From Lama guanicoe (Eukaryota), in NCBI GenBank assembly GCA_013239625.1, contig MU057346.1, forward strand, positions 2,938,431 through 3,002,430: a stretch of 64,000 nt of DNA, written 5' to 3'. Below are positions 11,961-23,999 of the stretch, in pieces. The translations under genes and the position numbers were made by a program. The notes beneath the pieces were generated by a model, which did no database searches, was not told the origin of the DNA, and worked only from the letters and a program-made list of their open reading frames with translations. Within the stretch, counting starts at the first letter, position 1, and every line of letters starts with the position of its first letter.

Positions 11961-13515
11961 GACATCTGCAAATGATTTTAACAAGTAGCAGGAGAGACCT
12001 AACTCAGCCTTGGGTTGTAACATTCATTATAATGTTGAAACTATGGTATGACTATAGTTTATTTGGACTTTATAATTTATAAAGCTAATACCATTGGTGG
12101 TAAATACCAGGATACTGAATACTATGAAGACTGTGGTTTTAGAATGATGTCTCTTTGTGGTGTCATGTAAAAGAAATAGTGAAAACAGATAAGATGGATC
12201 CAGTCTCTAGAACAGATTGCCATTGGTTTGGTGGCCACCAGAGAATCATGTGGCCATTGTCATGGGGAGAGTTGACTCAGACCCATCTGTAAAATGTGGA
12301 TAGTCCTTTGCAAGTTGGGGACAGGGGCCAGGGCAGGAGAGAAAGTGGTGTAAGTATCTGTCCTGGAGCGTGGACAGTGGTCAGAGGCAGGATTTAGAGT
12401 TCCCTGAGCCAAGGCTCAAGCCCCAAACCAGGAGCAAAAACCAAGCTGAGCTAGGAAAAGCCTGGCTGGCACCAACTAAAGGCCTCCAGTCATGCTGACC
12501 CACTGGTGCCCTCAGTCACTGCCCCTTCCTGAGGGCAGCACCGCCAGTGACAAACAAAATGGAGCATGTGAGAGGCAAGAGAAACTAGAGGCTCCAAGTG
12601 ATGATTCTCTTCGCTTCAGAGCCCAGAAACTGGCTTGCTTGATCTCGTTTAAGCAGCCTTGCCTTCTTTGAGGCAAATGGATGGAGTACAGAATTGAACT
12701 CTGTCTTGTCGAGGATAGTTAACTTACAGAGAACTAGTTAACCTGCTGGAGCTTCATTGTTAGTAGCCACTAGCTGTTTAGTTACTCCTAATGTGAGCCC
12801 TTCCTTTCTTCCAAGGTAAACGCGGTGACGATTTGATCAGATCTCAGAAATCATTCACAAAGCAGAAATCTAAATTAGCAAAAAGATGTGAAATGCATAT
12901 ATTATTTTTAATGCTAACGTCATGCTAACCCTATCCCATACCTTGAGACAGTAGCTAATAGAATGGTTCAAGTTCACAATTTACAAAGAGACATATCCTG
13001 AGGCATAGGCCCTGAATTTCTCTAACCAACAAAGGTGTACCATTAAAGCAGTCTGGAGCCTCTTGGGTTTTAAAAAGAATTTGTGGCTTCTGCTTGTCTT
13101 GGTTTTCACTGTTCATTTGGGATCATGTCCTGTTTATCCTTTGCCTACTAGAAGAACATCCTTTCAGTAGAGTCAAAAATCCTGAAATGAAAGTTATTTT
13201 GTCAGGAAAAAAAAAAAAGCTCCACTGATAGAAACAAAGAGTCGTGGCACAGAGACTGAACACTTTGATGGGAACTGTGCAGGGTGTGCCTTTTTTAAAT
13301 CATAAATGGTGGGAGAGCTGTCCCCACCTTCTACTCCTTAATTTAAAGGTATTTAAAAATTTTTTTCAAATATACTTTGATATCAGCACTTGACTGCACT
13401 GAGCCTAGTTGAGAAAAGTCTGAAAATTGCAAAGGTAGAGAGTGTTTTCCCAACATTCAGGCCATATTCTTTGGAACTTTTTCAAGCATGCCAAGTATTT
13501 TGCTTAGGACAGGGG

Positions 13516-13517
<2 letters not shown>

Positions 13518-13547
<30 letters not shown>
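13518..13547 (+). repeat. (GT)15 microsatellite
   Basis: Seen directly. Confidence 0.95.
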
Positions 13548-13550
<3 letters not shown>

Positions 13551-14004
13551 GTATGGATGATAGGAGAACTGTGTTTGTGAAAACTGTACAAGAATGACAT
13601 ATTTATGAAACTTTTCTATTCATCTCTCTGGTGCTGGCCCTTTAAAATAAAATCCATAATTTCTGTGCAGAGAGGGAACTCTTCCCTGTCCAAATTTTCC
13701 TTAACCCTCTCTGTATCCCTGGCTCATGCTGACCTTCCCAGCATCTACATTCCTGGTATGTTTTGCTTTCATATGCTTTTTTTTCCCTTTAAATCTGTTT
13801 CTAAATAGTAATAACTTCAAAGCTGCTTGTTATTGTCACGCCCGCTCTAAGAAGCAGGTCACCTATTTTGATGGAATGGCGGATCAGATGGCTCCATGTA
13901 TTTTTACATCATAATTCCCTCATCATCACTAGTGAAACAGGAGTTGAAAGACAGCACTTGTTTTTCTCGTTGTCAGGCAGCTCCACAATTTTTTTTTTAA
14001 CTGA

Positions 14005-14185
14005 CCAACATTTATTGAATGCTTACTGGGCCTTGTGTTAAGTACTTTTCCTGTGATTTCTAAATTCCCCACCAGTATTATTGTCCTCACTATTATTATC
14101 TACTACCTTAATTATAGTGAATAAACAGAGGCTCAGAGAGGTTAGGTAATCGTGGAGTGTCACAGAGCTGGTCAGTGGCAGAGCA
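14005..14185 (-). mobile_element. MIR SINE
   Basis: aacatttattgaatgcttact...aaacagaggctcagagaggttaggtaa...gtcacagagctggtcagtggcagagc. Confidence 0.8.
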
Positions 14186-14390
14186 CTTAGTAGCACCGTG
14201 ACTGTTTCTCAGGATCATGTCGTTTGAGTCGATGGTGTGACGTAGGAAATGGGTTTCATTTTTCTAGGAAGGACACTGTATCTTATTCATCTAATTTGTT
14301 GTGCTTGCAGGAGACATGTGGCACAATCTATTAAAAGAAGAAGAGGCTTGAAAAAGAACCAGTCATTCATAGATGTTCCTGGAAGTGCAC

Positions 14391-14590
14391 TGGAGGTGGG
14401 CAACTGAGTTTGTGAGGGCCTAAGCTTACACGTGTTGAGGGCCTAAGCTTACGCGTGTTGGGGGCCCACTTTAGGAGAGGGAGAAACTTTTGGTGCAGAC
14501 TCTTGGAAGGATGCAAGACTCTTGGAAGGAGCCCATAGTTATGAGAGGCCCTGAGGCTTATTGTTCATCAGCTTCAAGGTTGTGCCAAGG
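14391..14590. mobile_element. Arthur1A/MER69A-like hAT-Tip100 MITE with two internal tandem duplications
   Basis: tttgtgagggcctaagctta...gggggcccactttagga at one end and cttggaaggagccc...gagaggccctgaggctta...catcagcttcaaggt at the other; family assigned from memory. Confidence 0.6.
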
Positions 14591-15902
14591 CCAAAATGTC
14601 GCAGAACCAAGCTGGAGATGCTTCTCATCAATGTCAAGGACCGTGTTTGACTCCTTCATTTAATTCTTGTTTTTTCCCCCCATGCACTCCAGTGAAAGCT
14701 CCTTCTACCATTTTACTTTGGCATTGGAGTCATTTGAGAAATATTCCTTGTTTTATGCATGTCACCTTCAGTGAGAGAGTCCAGCTCCCAGGAAGTGCGC
14801 CTCTGCTTTCAGGAAAAGTCCTCCACCCACTAAAGCGTGCTCTGACACGGGAGACTTTTAAAATGCTTTCCTTTCTGCCCGCATCTGGGTAGATTTTTTT
14901 TTCTCCAGTAGTTTCTTAATGGTCTTTAGCGAAGGAAGTAAGTGACACTGATCAGTGAAGGTGGACAGTAAGATTTATAATGTATTTGTGCTAGCTGATT
15001 GCCAACAGAACCAGCCTTTCCCAGCGGTGCTGTACGCAGACTTGGAAAATCAATAGGGATTAACCTCTGACCCCCTTCACATACTTATACTGTGGGCTGC
15101 ATTGCTTACCAATATTTCATCTGCCTCACTTAGCTGCTCTTATTCAATAACGTGTGGCCGATCTCGCAAGATACTAATTAATTTTTTAAAATGCAGCATC
15201 ACTTGAAGCTGTGATAAAATATCACTTCTTTGTAAATCAAGGCCCTTTTGGTTTATTTATTAAACATTAATTAGCCTTAATTTAAAAAAAAAAAAACTTG
15301 GGAAAGGAGAGAGTGAAAACTTGAGGGTTTGCTTGGCTCCCAAACCACCCCTCTGTGGTTAACAGCGGGGGGTGCCTCTGGGCTCTAACAGAACAGGTGT
15401 CCTCTGGTGTCTCAGTTGGAACATGAGTCCTCTTGCAGGAAAATTGCTCATCTTACTTTTTAGACACACTTTTTTCCTTTTTTTTTTCATTTCTGTTAAA
15501 GGGACATTTATATATACATAGGTAAATATGGTACCTTGTGATGAAGTGAACCCCATGCATCATTTTTTAAGCAATCAAAGTTAACTTTAATACAGCTTAT
15601 TTGTGAAAGTATGCAAAATTTTGGGCAAATGTATGTATGTATGACCTGCCCTTAATTATCATTACCACACAGGCTGGGGAAAGAGCACCATTTGCAGTAA
15701 TGCACTTTTTTTTTTTTAACTTTCACTTTAAGCTTTGGTATATATTACAGTGCTCTACATTTGTCTTAATTGAAATTGTAGTAGATTTCCTTCATCCAAG
15801 ACCCTTTTGTTCGCAGATTTCTTTCTTTCTTTCTTTTTGCAAGTATACCTATTCCCCAGAGTTTACTTACAGTTTCCTATTGATCCGGCAGCTGGTATTT
15901 GA

Positions 15903-16042
15903 NNNNNNNNNNNNNNNNNNNNNNNNNNNNNNNNNNNNNNNNNNNNNNNNNNNNNNNNNNNNNNNNNNNNNNNNNNNNNNNNNNNNNNNNNNNNNNNNNN
16001 NNNNNNNNNNNNNNNNNNNNNNNNNNNNNNNNNNNNNNNNNN
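15903..16042. other. N block (140 nt)
   Basis: Seen directly. Confidence 0.98.
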
Positions 16043-17505
16043 TAGTCTAATAATCACGCATACTTAAGCAGAAGTTAGGCTTTATATTACAATTTAATAA
16101 TTATCTAGGTGGAAAGCTGGAGTGTTTTTGTGTGTAGAGGTTGGGTGGATGCAGGGCTTTAAAGGTTGGGCTGACCCAGCAGACTGCTACTTTTACATTT
16201 CCTCGGTGAAACAGACAGCTCTTCCCTCCCCAGGATGAAACATACGAAGTGGACTAAAGTCCTTCAGCCTCAAAGAAGTGATGGAGTTTGCTGAAGCCGT
16301 CCTGACGTCGTGGTTCTGGGAGACGGATGGGGCAGAGGGAGGACAGTTTTGAGGGAGGGTGCCTTTGCCTCCATTTCCCTAAAAGCTACACCATGGCAGT
16401 GCTGGAGTCCTTTCCCCTGGGTTTTCAGGGTGTGCACATGCCACGAAGCTCATGTATCATGTGAGACACTCATGCTCCGACCTCCAGTGGGGCCGGCAGA
16501 CCCGGTCCAGATGCGCAGAGTAACAGCCACGTCAGGCTGCCTTGGAAGCAAGCCTGCCCCACAGGACACCCTGGGACCACAGTTCCAAGACCTGCCGTGT
16601 GGACCCTCAAGCAGAGAGGAAACAATTCAGTTGAGTACAGGGCATAGGACTACATGTGCTCCCCCTCTTTTTTTCCCCCATTGATTACTTTTTAGGAGCA
16701 GTTTTCTGCTCCCAGCAAAACTGAGTAGAAAGTACAGAGAGATCCCATGTCTGTCCCTCCGCATGCACATCCTTCCCGGGCTTCGCATTGGTCATAAAGC
16801 CACTTTCCAGTGAAAGCAGGTTTCGGGTGCTGCATGCGAAATTATAGCTTTTCAAGGCCACTTCTGACTCCTTGGGAAGCACCTTTTTTGGGGGATTGAG
16901 GACCCCTCCGACGGTTTCCACTGCATCCTCCCTGGCATCCGAAGCCCCTAGCTTCCCCCTAACTTGGTTGGGAAGTCATTTTGCTTCACCGCGTGACATC
17001 TCTCGCTTACAAAGCCGCCTTCCAAACAGTAGCCAACAACCTGCTCAGTTAACACAGCCAGCGCTCTTTCCATGAGAGTGAGGGGCACGTCGTGCATTTG
17101 GGCAGCTGTCTTGCGGGGCTCCAGATGAAAGAGCAGCTTGCCCAAGCCCTCCTCCCAGGAGCCCCCTCCCCAGCGTGGGGCTTCATACACTACCGAGAGC
17201 AAACCTACTTCCCAGCACCACCGCCCCTGCACGCACGCCGCCCACCTTATTCAAAGTGTCAGCCTGGCTCACTTTTCTGCAGAGGCCTCCCAGGCCGGCC
17301 AGGAAGCCTCAGTGAATAAATTATTTACTGTGTTTAATTATCATGGTACAGATTTATTAAGCTTCTTGGTTACCTAGGAGCTCGTGTAGCTGTTGTGAAG
17401 AGTTTGCTTAACTTCGAATAATAGATGTTTTGTTTGAAAACAAATGCCTTTGTGCCTGCTGCTACCATCTCTGTGACGTCTGTGGGGCTGGGGGTGCTGT
17501 GGGTG

Positions 17506-17712
17506 GCGCTGTGTGCTGGTAAATGTATAACAACTGGCTCTTGAGGGGTACGGAGGCAAAAACTCTGATTTTCAGTGCTTGCTGATCACTGCAGCGTGAA
17601 TACCATGGCCAACAGGAAGTTATGAAACACGGAGTTGGGATGGGATGTGCAGCCCCGTGCCAGTTGATATGTACGAAAAAATATATATTTATATCATATG
17701 TATAAAAACTAA

Positions 17713-17743
<31 letters not shown>

Positions 17744-17988
17744 TATCACACAGACACAGTATTAAATACAGGAGCATAGCTAATAGTCAAACATACTAAA
17801 ATTATTCAGAAGCATTGGATTTTGAGTCTCTCTTACTTTTGGGTTTTTTTTTTTTTCCCTATAGCTGATTTCATCATGAGGTTAGATAATTTAGTGGTTT
17901 ACAATGGGTGTGTCCAACAGCCAGCTCCCAAAATTCCTGGAAGTTTAGCTCCCTTGAGTTGGTGAGACCAGGCTTCAGGACACCACTG
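17506..17988. mobile_element. MER63B-like hAT-Blackjack element, near full length, with an internal (TA)n
   Basis: Ends gtgtgctggtaaatgtataacaactggctct and ggcttcaggacaccactg. Internal ggagttgggatgggatgtgcag and caaaattcctggaagttta; (TA)n at about 17712-17736. Confidence 0.75.
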
Positions 17989-18685
17989 TGTGTGTCACTG
18001 ACTGCCGGTTTCAAATTGCATCCTGCGTTCCCATGAAGTTCACGGTGCAGTCCTAATTCAGGCTTGTTCCTAACAGGGCATCCCTGTGCAATTCTCTGCC
18101 GGGGTGTGTCGAGCCGGCTGGCATGCTGCTAAGTGTCCTCGACAGCAGCAGACACGCGTACCCAGGCTGGTACAGCCCAGACAGTTCTGTTGTACTGACA
18201 TTAGGGACAAGAGTATTTTGCCAGAAGCTATAACGAGATGATACTGTAACAACAGCATGATGACACCAGATTCTGTTTTGCAATTTTCTTTAATATTTAT
18301 GCTGGATAAATAATTTATCTCTTTTTTTCAGTTTTTTTTTTCATCTCAAACATGTTGATACAGACAGGTGCTAGGTTTCCCTGAATGACTAAAGCAAGGA
18401 TTTGGTTATTTTTGCCCCCACCGCCACCCGACAAAAAGTGTGTCAGCAGAGTTGCACCCCCGGGAATTGTTTCCACGACTCCCCATCCCATCCACTAATA
18501 CAAACGAATGAGATCTATTAGGACCAGCCCCCACGTTTGAAGGGAGTCACTTATCCCAGTTATATCTTTGCATGTCGTTATAACATCAAGACCATCATAC
18601 GCTGAGGGGTTTGAAAACTCAGGAAGTCCTGGCTGACCTGTCGTCTGTTTGGGACTTAGGGTAGGCAGTCGTTTCTTCTTGCCCC

Positions 18686-18955
18686 GAGTTTCCTAACTTG
18701 GCACTGTTGACATTCGGTGCTGGGTCATTCTGCATTGTGAGGCTCTGTCCTGTGCGTGGTAGGATGTTTAGCTGCATCCCTAGACTCTACCTATTAGATG
18801 TTAGTAGCAACTCCTGTACCCAAGATGGGATGATAGGAAAAAAATGTATCCAGGTGGGACATGGGTGTAGCTCAGTGGGAGAGGTCTTTGGTTCAATCCC
18901 TGGTACCTCCATAAAAAAAAAAATGTCCAAATATTGCCAGTTGCCCCCCAGGTGG
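18686..18955 (-). mobile_element. MER20 hAT-Charlie MITE interrupted by a SINE
   Basis: ggcactgttgacatt...ctgtcctgtgcgtggtaggatgtttagctgcatcccta...aaaaatgt [SINE] aaatgtccaaatattgcca, the reverse complement of MER20. Confidence 0.85.
18853..18916 (+). mobile_element. tRNA-Ala-derived SINE (vic-1-like), internally deleted
   Basis: Box A TAGCTCAGTGG (18868), box B GGTTCAATCCC (18890), end tacctcca plus A tail. Imperfect target-site duplication aaaaaaatgtatcca / aaaaaaatgtcca. Confidence 0.8.
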
Positions 18956-20299
18956 AGAAGCAGGATTCCAGAGTCACAGTTCTTAACCCCTTAAAAAATA
19001 TAGGAAAGGGAAAATAGAGATCCTCTCATTGTATTTAGCCTCTCTTTCTCTGGTTTTTAAGACCATTCCAGTCCCTGCAAAACACTAGAAATGGGAGTAA
19101 GGCAACCTTCAGTCACCAAATAAACTTCTGCCCAAGGGACCTAGACAAGAGGGAGAAAAGCAGTCTTTCTACCCAAGGACCACTCCCCAGCATCCCCTAG
19201 GCTCCTGAGGAAGAAACGCATCATGAGAAGTAGGGTCACGGGAGTGGCTTTTCTTTCTCAGACTGCTGTTTGCTGTGGTTGCAAGCTAGTTCCGGAGCTG
19301 TGGGGCAGGTGGGTATCTCACTGGGGCCTGGGCAGCGTGTGTTGTGGACGACGTGAAAGGTTCATCCTGGAGGGGATGAAAGAGGTGAATCTTTACCTCG
19401 AATCCCCTGTAAGTTGACTCGGTCTGAGCAGTTAGCACAGGGTGAATTTCACGATTCCTTTGTGGATGATCGAAGCTCCCTCCCAGTGGCAAAGCAAGTT
19501 CTGCACGGCTCACCTCTAGCTGCCTTTGGCGTGTGGTCTAGGTGAAGGACAGCTCTTGGAATTTGTAACCTGTTTGACCTCCGCAGTGGTACACCCCAGC
19601 CCTTTTACCAGGCCCAAGAGGGCTGCAGTGGAGCTTTTCCTGAGTTTTTTTCTCCGCAGAGGTAGGACTCCCTGACGGTTCAGCTGGGTCTGAACCTGGT
19701 GGCAGGGATGCCTTGCTGGCCTGACCTTGTACCTGGGCCCTAAGACAGATGATCCCAGGGCCTTGGGAGCTGCTGTGGTGGGTGACCTCGGTGTTCTGTC
19801 ATCTTCAGGCGTGAGCTGAGACAGCGAGTGTGGTGATCTGTGGGTCAGGTGAGCCTGGAGTGTTCCTTCTGGACCACTTAGGAACGGTTTGACCCTGGAG
19901 CCACTGACTGCACCCCTCTGGGTCTTAGTTTCCTTGCCTCTTCAGTGGACAGGACCATCTCCTTGGCAAAGTAGAGGGGTGATCAGATTAAGTAGTGAAC
20001 GTTCAGTGTCTGTATTAGCGCTGCTGCAGAGTTGGCCTTCAGAAAGCCCCGCCTGCTGTTCCTCATCTTGAATCCATTTCCCATTTAGGTCATTCCCTCA
20101 AACAGTGGCCCTTGGCTGCCTTGTCTCCTCCTGCCTCTAGGACATGTAAGTGCCCAGTTCTTCAGAGTGCCTGAATCCTGCCGGAGCAGGCCCTTTCCAA
20201 GACAGCTAAGGAGATCAGCGGTCACTACTTGCCTTCTGGCTGAGGTGAGATTCTCTGCTTACTCCTGGCAGATCAGTAGTGAAAGCACGTTCTGTTAAG

Positions 20300-20395
20300 T
20301 TTTACTAGGAGTCATTCATCTCCCTGAGCCTCAGTTTCCCTATCTGTGAAGTGAATCTCCACAGAATGATGATGGGGAGTTAGGTCAGGTGAGGC
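20300..20395 (+). mobile_element. MIR SINE core fragment
   Basis: gtcattcatctccctgagcctcagtttccctatctgtgaagtg. Confidence 0.7.
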
Positions 20396-21034
20396 TGGCA
20401 GTCAGACACCAAGAGGGGCTTCCACACAGGAGCCCCGTTCTCTCTGTGCCCCCAGGTCAGGTGTCATCATTCCACTTGGAGTAATCACCTGCCCACGAGG
20501 AGGGTGTTCTCTCTCTTGGCTGAAGCTTTCACTCCGTGTACTCAATAGCATGTATTTTAGTGTCTACAAAACGCCCTTTGAGAGAAGACAGTAAGGACAT
20601 TTGTGATCTCTTTTTTTTTTTCTTCTAGTGACGTTTCCAGTGAGACTCAAGTTCTCGTTCCTCCCTTAGAAGAAGTTTTCAAATATGTGTGTATGTGTGC
20701 ATTTAGCATGCAGTCATATACATTTGAATGTTGAAAGTGAATTTGGTCGGGCCTTATATTTCCAGAAAGGCCTAACTCTGGTTCTGTGCGGTCTCCTAGT
20801 CCCACTCTCCACGATCCTAGGACAGGATCGGAATAACACCCAGGCCAGAGTCTGTAATAATGGACGGGTGCCATTTGGGGGTCTTGGCAATGGCTAAGGG
20901 GAATTTGGAGACCCTCAGAACAGGTCATCTGTGATCTGAGACCACAGTTCTGGCTGAAATGCTTGTCCCGAAAGCTGCTGAGAACCAAAGGATGTATCGT
21001 TGATGTGGGTAACAGTTGGGGGGGGGTGGCGCTC

Positions 21035-21254
21035 NNNNNNNNNNNNNNNNNNNNNNNNNNNNNNNNNNNNNNNNNNNNNNNNNNNNNNNNNNNNNNNNNN
21101 NNNNNNNNNNNNNNNNNNNNNNNNNNNNNNNNNNNNNNNNNNNNNNNNNNNNNNNNNNNNNNNNNNNNNNNNNNNNNNNNNNNNNNNNNNNNNNNNNNNN
21201 NNNNNNNNNNNNNNNNNNNNNNNNNNNNNNNNNNNNNNNNNNNNNNNNNNNNNN
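21035..21254. other. N block (220 nt)
   Basis: Seen directly. Confidence 0.98.
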
Positions 21255-22239
21255 TTGTTCAGATGGGGGGGATTTTTTTTTTTTGGTCGCGGTGTGGGTT
21301 CGCCTTTATTTGGGGTTGACTCTTCGCAGCCAAGGACACAGAAAGAAGATAGGTGATAATATAACATCATGATAATCATCCACTGTGAACCCATAGAAGC
21401 ATACTGAAAGGGCTTGAGATTGTTTGAGATTTAGATTTGGCATTGTACTAACTTTCCGGTATAATTAGCTTATTTTAAAGTGACCTAATCTGTAATCAAT
21501 GCCTGCATTTACATGGCTTCCTTTGTCTTCTGTCGCTGCGCTGGGCTCCTTGGGCACCCATACTTTGTGGAATTCTCTTGGGCTCCTTGCCGTGGTCTCT
21601 GTAAAGGGATTTACTACGTTCTGCCCAGGAAGACCAGGATCACTCCTTTGTTTCCAGCCTTGGACCGATTTCAGATGTCTTGCTTGTTAGGGGACGGAGG
21701 ACAGAGAGGACAGAGCCTTTTGACCTTAGGCAGAGGCCACGTGGAATGCAGGTCCCTCTGACCGGCCCGCGGTCCTTCTCTGAACTAAGAGCACACGCAC
21801 TTAAACATGCAGGCATTTTGCCCTCCGTTCTGTGTCCCGCATCAAATTAAGTCAGCTCCCGTCTTCCACACGGTGACTCTTCAGACGTGGGGTTCCCTTC
21901 CATGCGACATTCTGCTGCTTCTTTTCTCCGAGCTAAGAACACTGTTACTCAGCCAATGAAACGGCTCCGGGAACCTTCCCTATTACCATTTGCTCTGTTG
22001 CAAAATAGGGCTCAGTAGCAGGAGTTCATACAGTAACATGCCAAAGAGTCACGGTGAGCTCCTGGGCTCGGCTCACAAGTCCCCTGACCTGACCCAGCCG
22101 ACCACCCCAGACTCCTTTCCTCCTCCTTGCCTTCCTCGGGCAACTTGAGGCTTTAGCCAAACTGAGCTGAGCTCACCAGGCTGAACCCACTATGCTAGCT
22201 CTGCCCTCCCCCCAGGCTCCGCATCCTGTCCTTGGCTCC

Positions 22240-22510
22240 CTGGTCTGTTGGCAAACTTCTCCTCATCCTTCAGAACTCAACTCTTGGTATCATCTCTTCC
22301 AAGAAGTTTTCCCAGACCTCCCCTCACCTAGATACCGTCACTCCCCCCTCGACACTTCAACTCCCTCATGTTTCTGTATCATGAATGTTCACTTCCGTGG
22401 CCATCATTCCATTGGATGGCGTGCTTCTTGGAGAAAAGGGTTGTGTCTTACTCCATTCCTGACGCTGGCCTGGCACCTGATAGGTTCCCAGTGCACAGTG
22501 GTTGAATGTA
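22240..22510 (+). mobile_element. L2 LINE 3' fragment
   Basis: ctcatccttcagaactcaactc...tcttccaagaagttttcccagacc...gcctggcacctgataggttccca...gttgaatg. Confidence 0.7.
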
Positions 22511-23838
22511 ATTCCCTCCTTTCCCCCTGCTGGTCTGTATTTAAGATCTAATGGCATTCGGCGTCTTATTTTCCATGAAGTAGAACAGGGTGCATTGAAC
22601 GTGTATGGGAGTGATTATGGGACTGGCTGACTCACACCTGAAGTTTCTTTATTTGCAAGCTGGACGATGAGCTCAGTTTGAAGCCCTGGAGAAAATTTGA
22701 GCCTGTGAAGCTATTTTGAATCATAGTCATTTGAGGATCGGGATGGGGGCCGCAGATGCCCTTGGAGACCTAAGCGTCATCCGCCACCGCTGCACTTCCT
22801 TTTTGTCCCCTCCTCCCTGGGTTCCTTCATCGCCATTCTGCCGCCCTCGGGGCTGCTGATCAACATCTTTGCCTGGCTTTCCCCCGCCACTAAGGTGTCT
22901 TAAGCAGAGTGAGTGATGCCGCTGTAAGTGCACAGAGGTGGGTTGGGGCGCACTTGGCGGTCATTCTCTGGATTTCTGAAGCTTGGCATTCTCCCTTGAA
23001 AATCCCTTGCCAACTGCTTCCCTGTCCTAATTAGATGATACCCAGGAGATAAGTGACCCTGAAGCTAAGGCGGCATTTCTACAGCAAGGGAAGCAGATGG
23101 TTCCATCAGATGACAGGGATGTGTGTACAGCTGATGGGGAGCGGGGTGGGGGGCTTGAGCCAAAGGCCAGTAGAGATTGAATGATACATGTGTTCTCAGT
23201 CACAAAATCGTGAGGGAACTTTGTCTTCTGAAGGTGTGGGTGAATGTGTGCGTCTTCAAATTGAGTGATTTATTTTTTTCCCTCTCATCAGTGGGCAGGT
23301 TGACCCATGACATGGTCCACTGGCAGATCCACCTCTGAGACTCTTCAGCAATTAAGCCCATTCTGATAATTTCTGAGCCTCACTTTTTATCACTGTATAT
23401 AAAACCCACCTCACAGTGTGTTGGAATCATAGCCAGCATCCAATCCATAATGGATTGATTGCGTGTTCATGTGAGAGCACACTGCTACGTCTAGAACCAG
23501 GACCATGACCCAGAGATGGTCTCTGACCTTGGGGACAGAGCCCAGGGCCTGCCACTGTGAGGGATTTACAGAACCCATGTTTTCCTTCCCTCCCAAGTGA
23601 GACTGGATTTATGTTGAAATTTTCTTTATGTATTTTTGGCTAAGGGAAATTTTATTGTTGTGCTTATGTGCCCTGAATAATTGGCATCAACTTAGAGTTA
23701 TATTTCAGGGAGTAAGTGGTTCTGAGAGAAGAGGCATCATCATATGAAAATGTGGTTTTTCCCCCCTTAATTTGTAGCTTTTAACAAATTACCAGGAGCT
23801 TTATCCCTGATATATTGAATACCTGTGCCCTGTAAGTG

Positions 23839-23999
23839 TGGGAATGGTGAGTACCCAGCATGCGTGACTCCACTTGCAAGTCCTTTAACCATGACAGACA
23901 TCACTAATCAATCAGACTTGTGCCCAGCACACTATGCCAAGTAGCCATTACTAATCATCTGAAGTCAATGTGGGAGATACGGTTTATCTGCCATCCTAG
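23839..23999. mobile_element. MER117-like hAT-Charlie MITE
   Basis: Degenerate termini gggaatgg / tgccatccta; internal ccatgacagacatcactaatcaatca and gtagccattactaatc; family from memory. Confidence 0.55.

Noticed and set aside
14413-14530. Direct repeats as a possible CRISPR-like array
   Set aside because: Two-copy head-to-tail duplications without spacers, inside a mammalian MITE; no cas genes.
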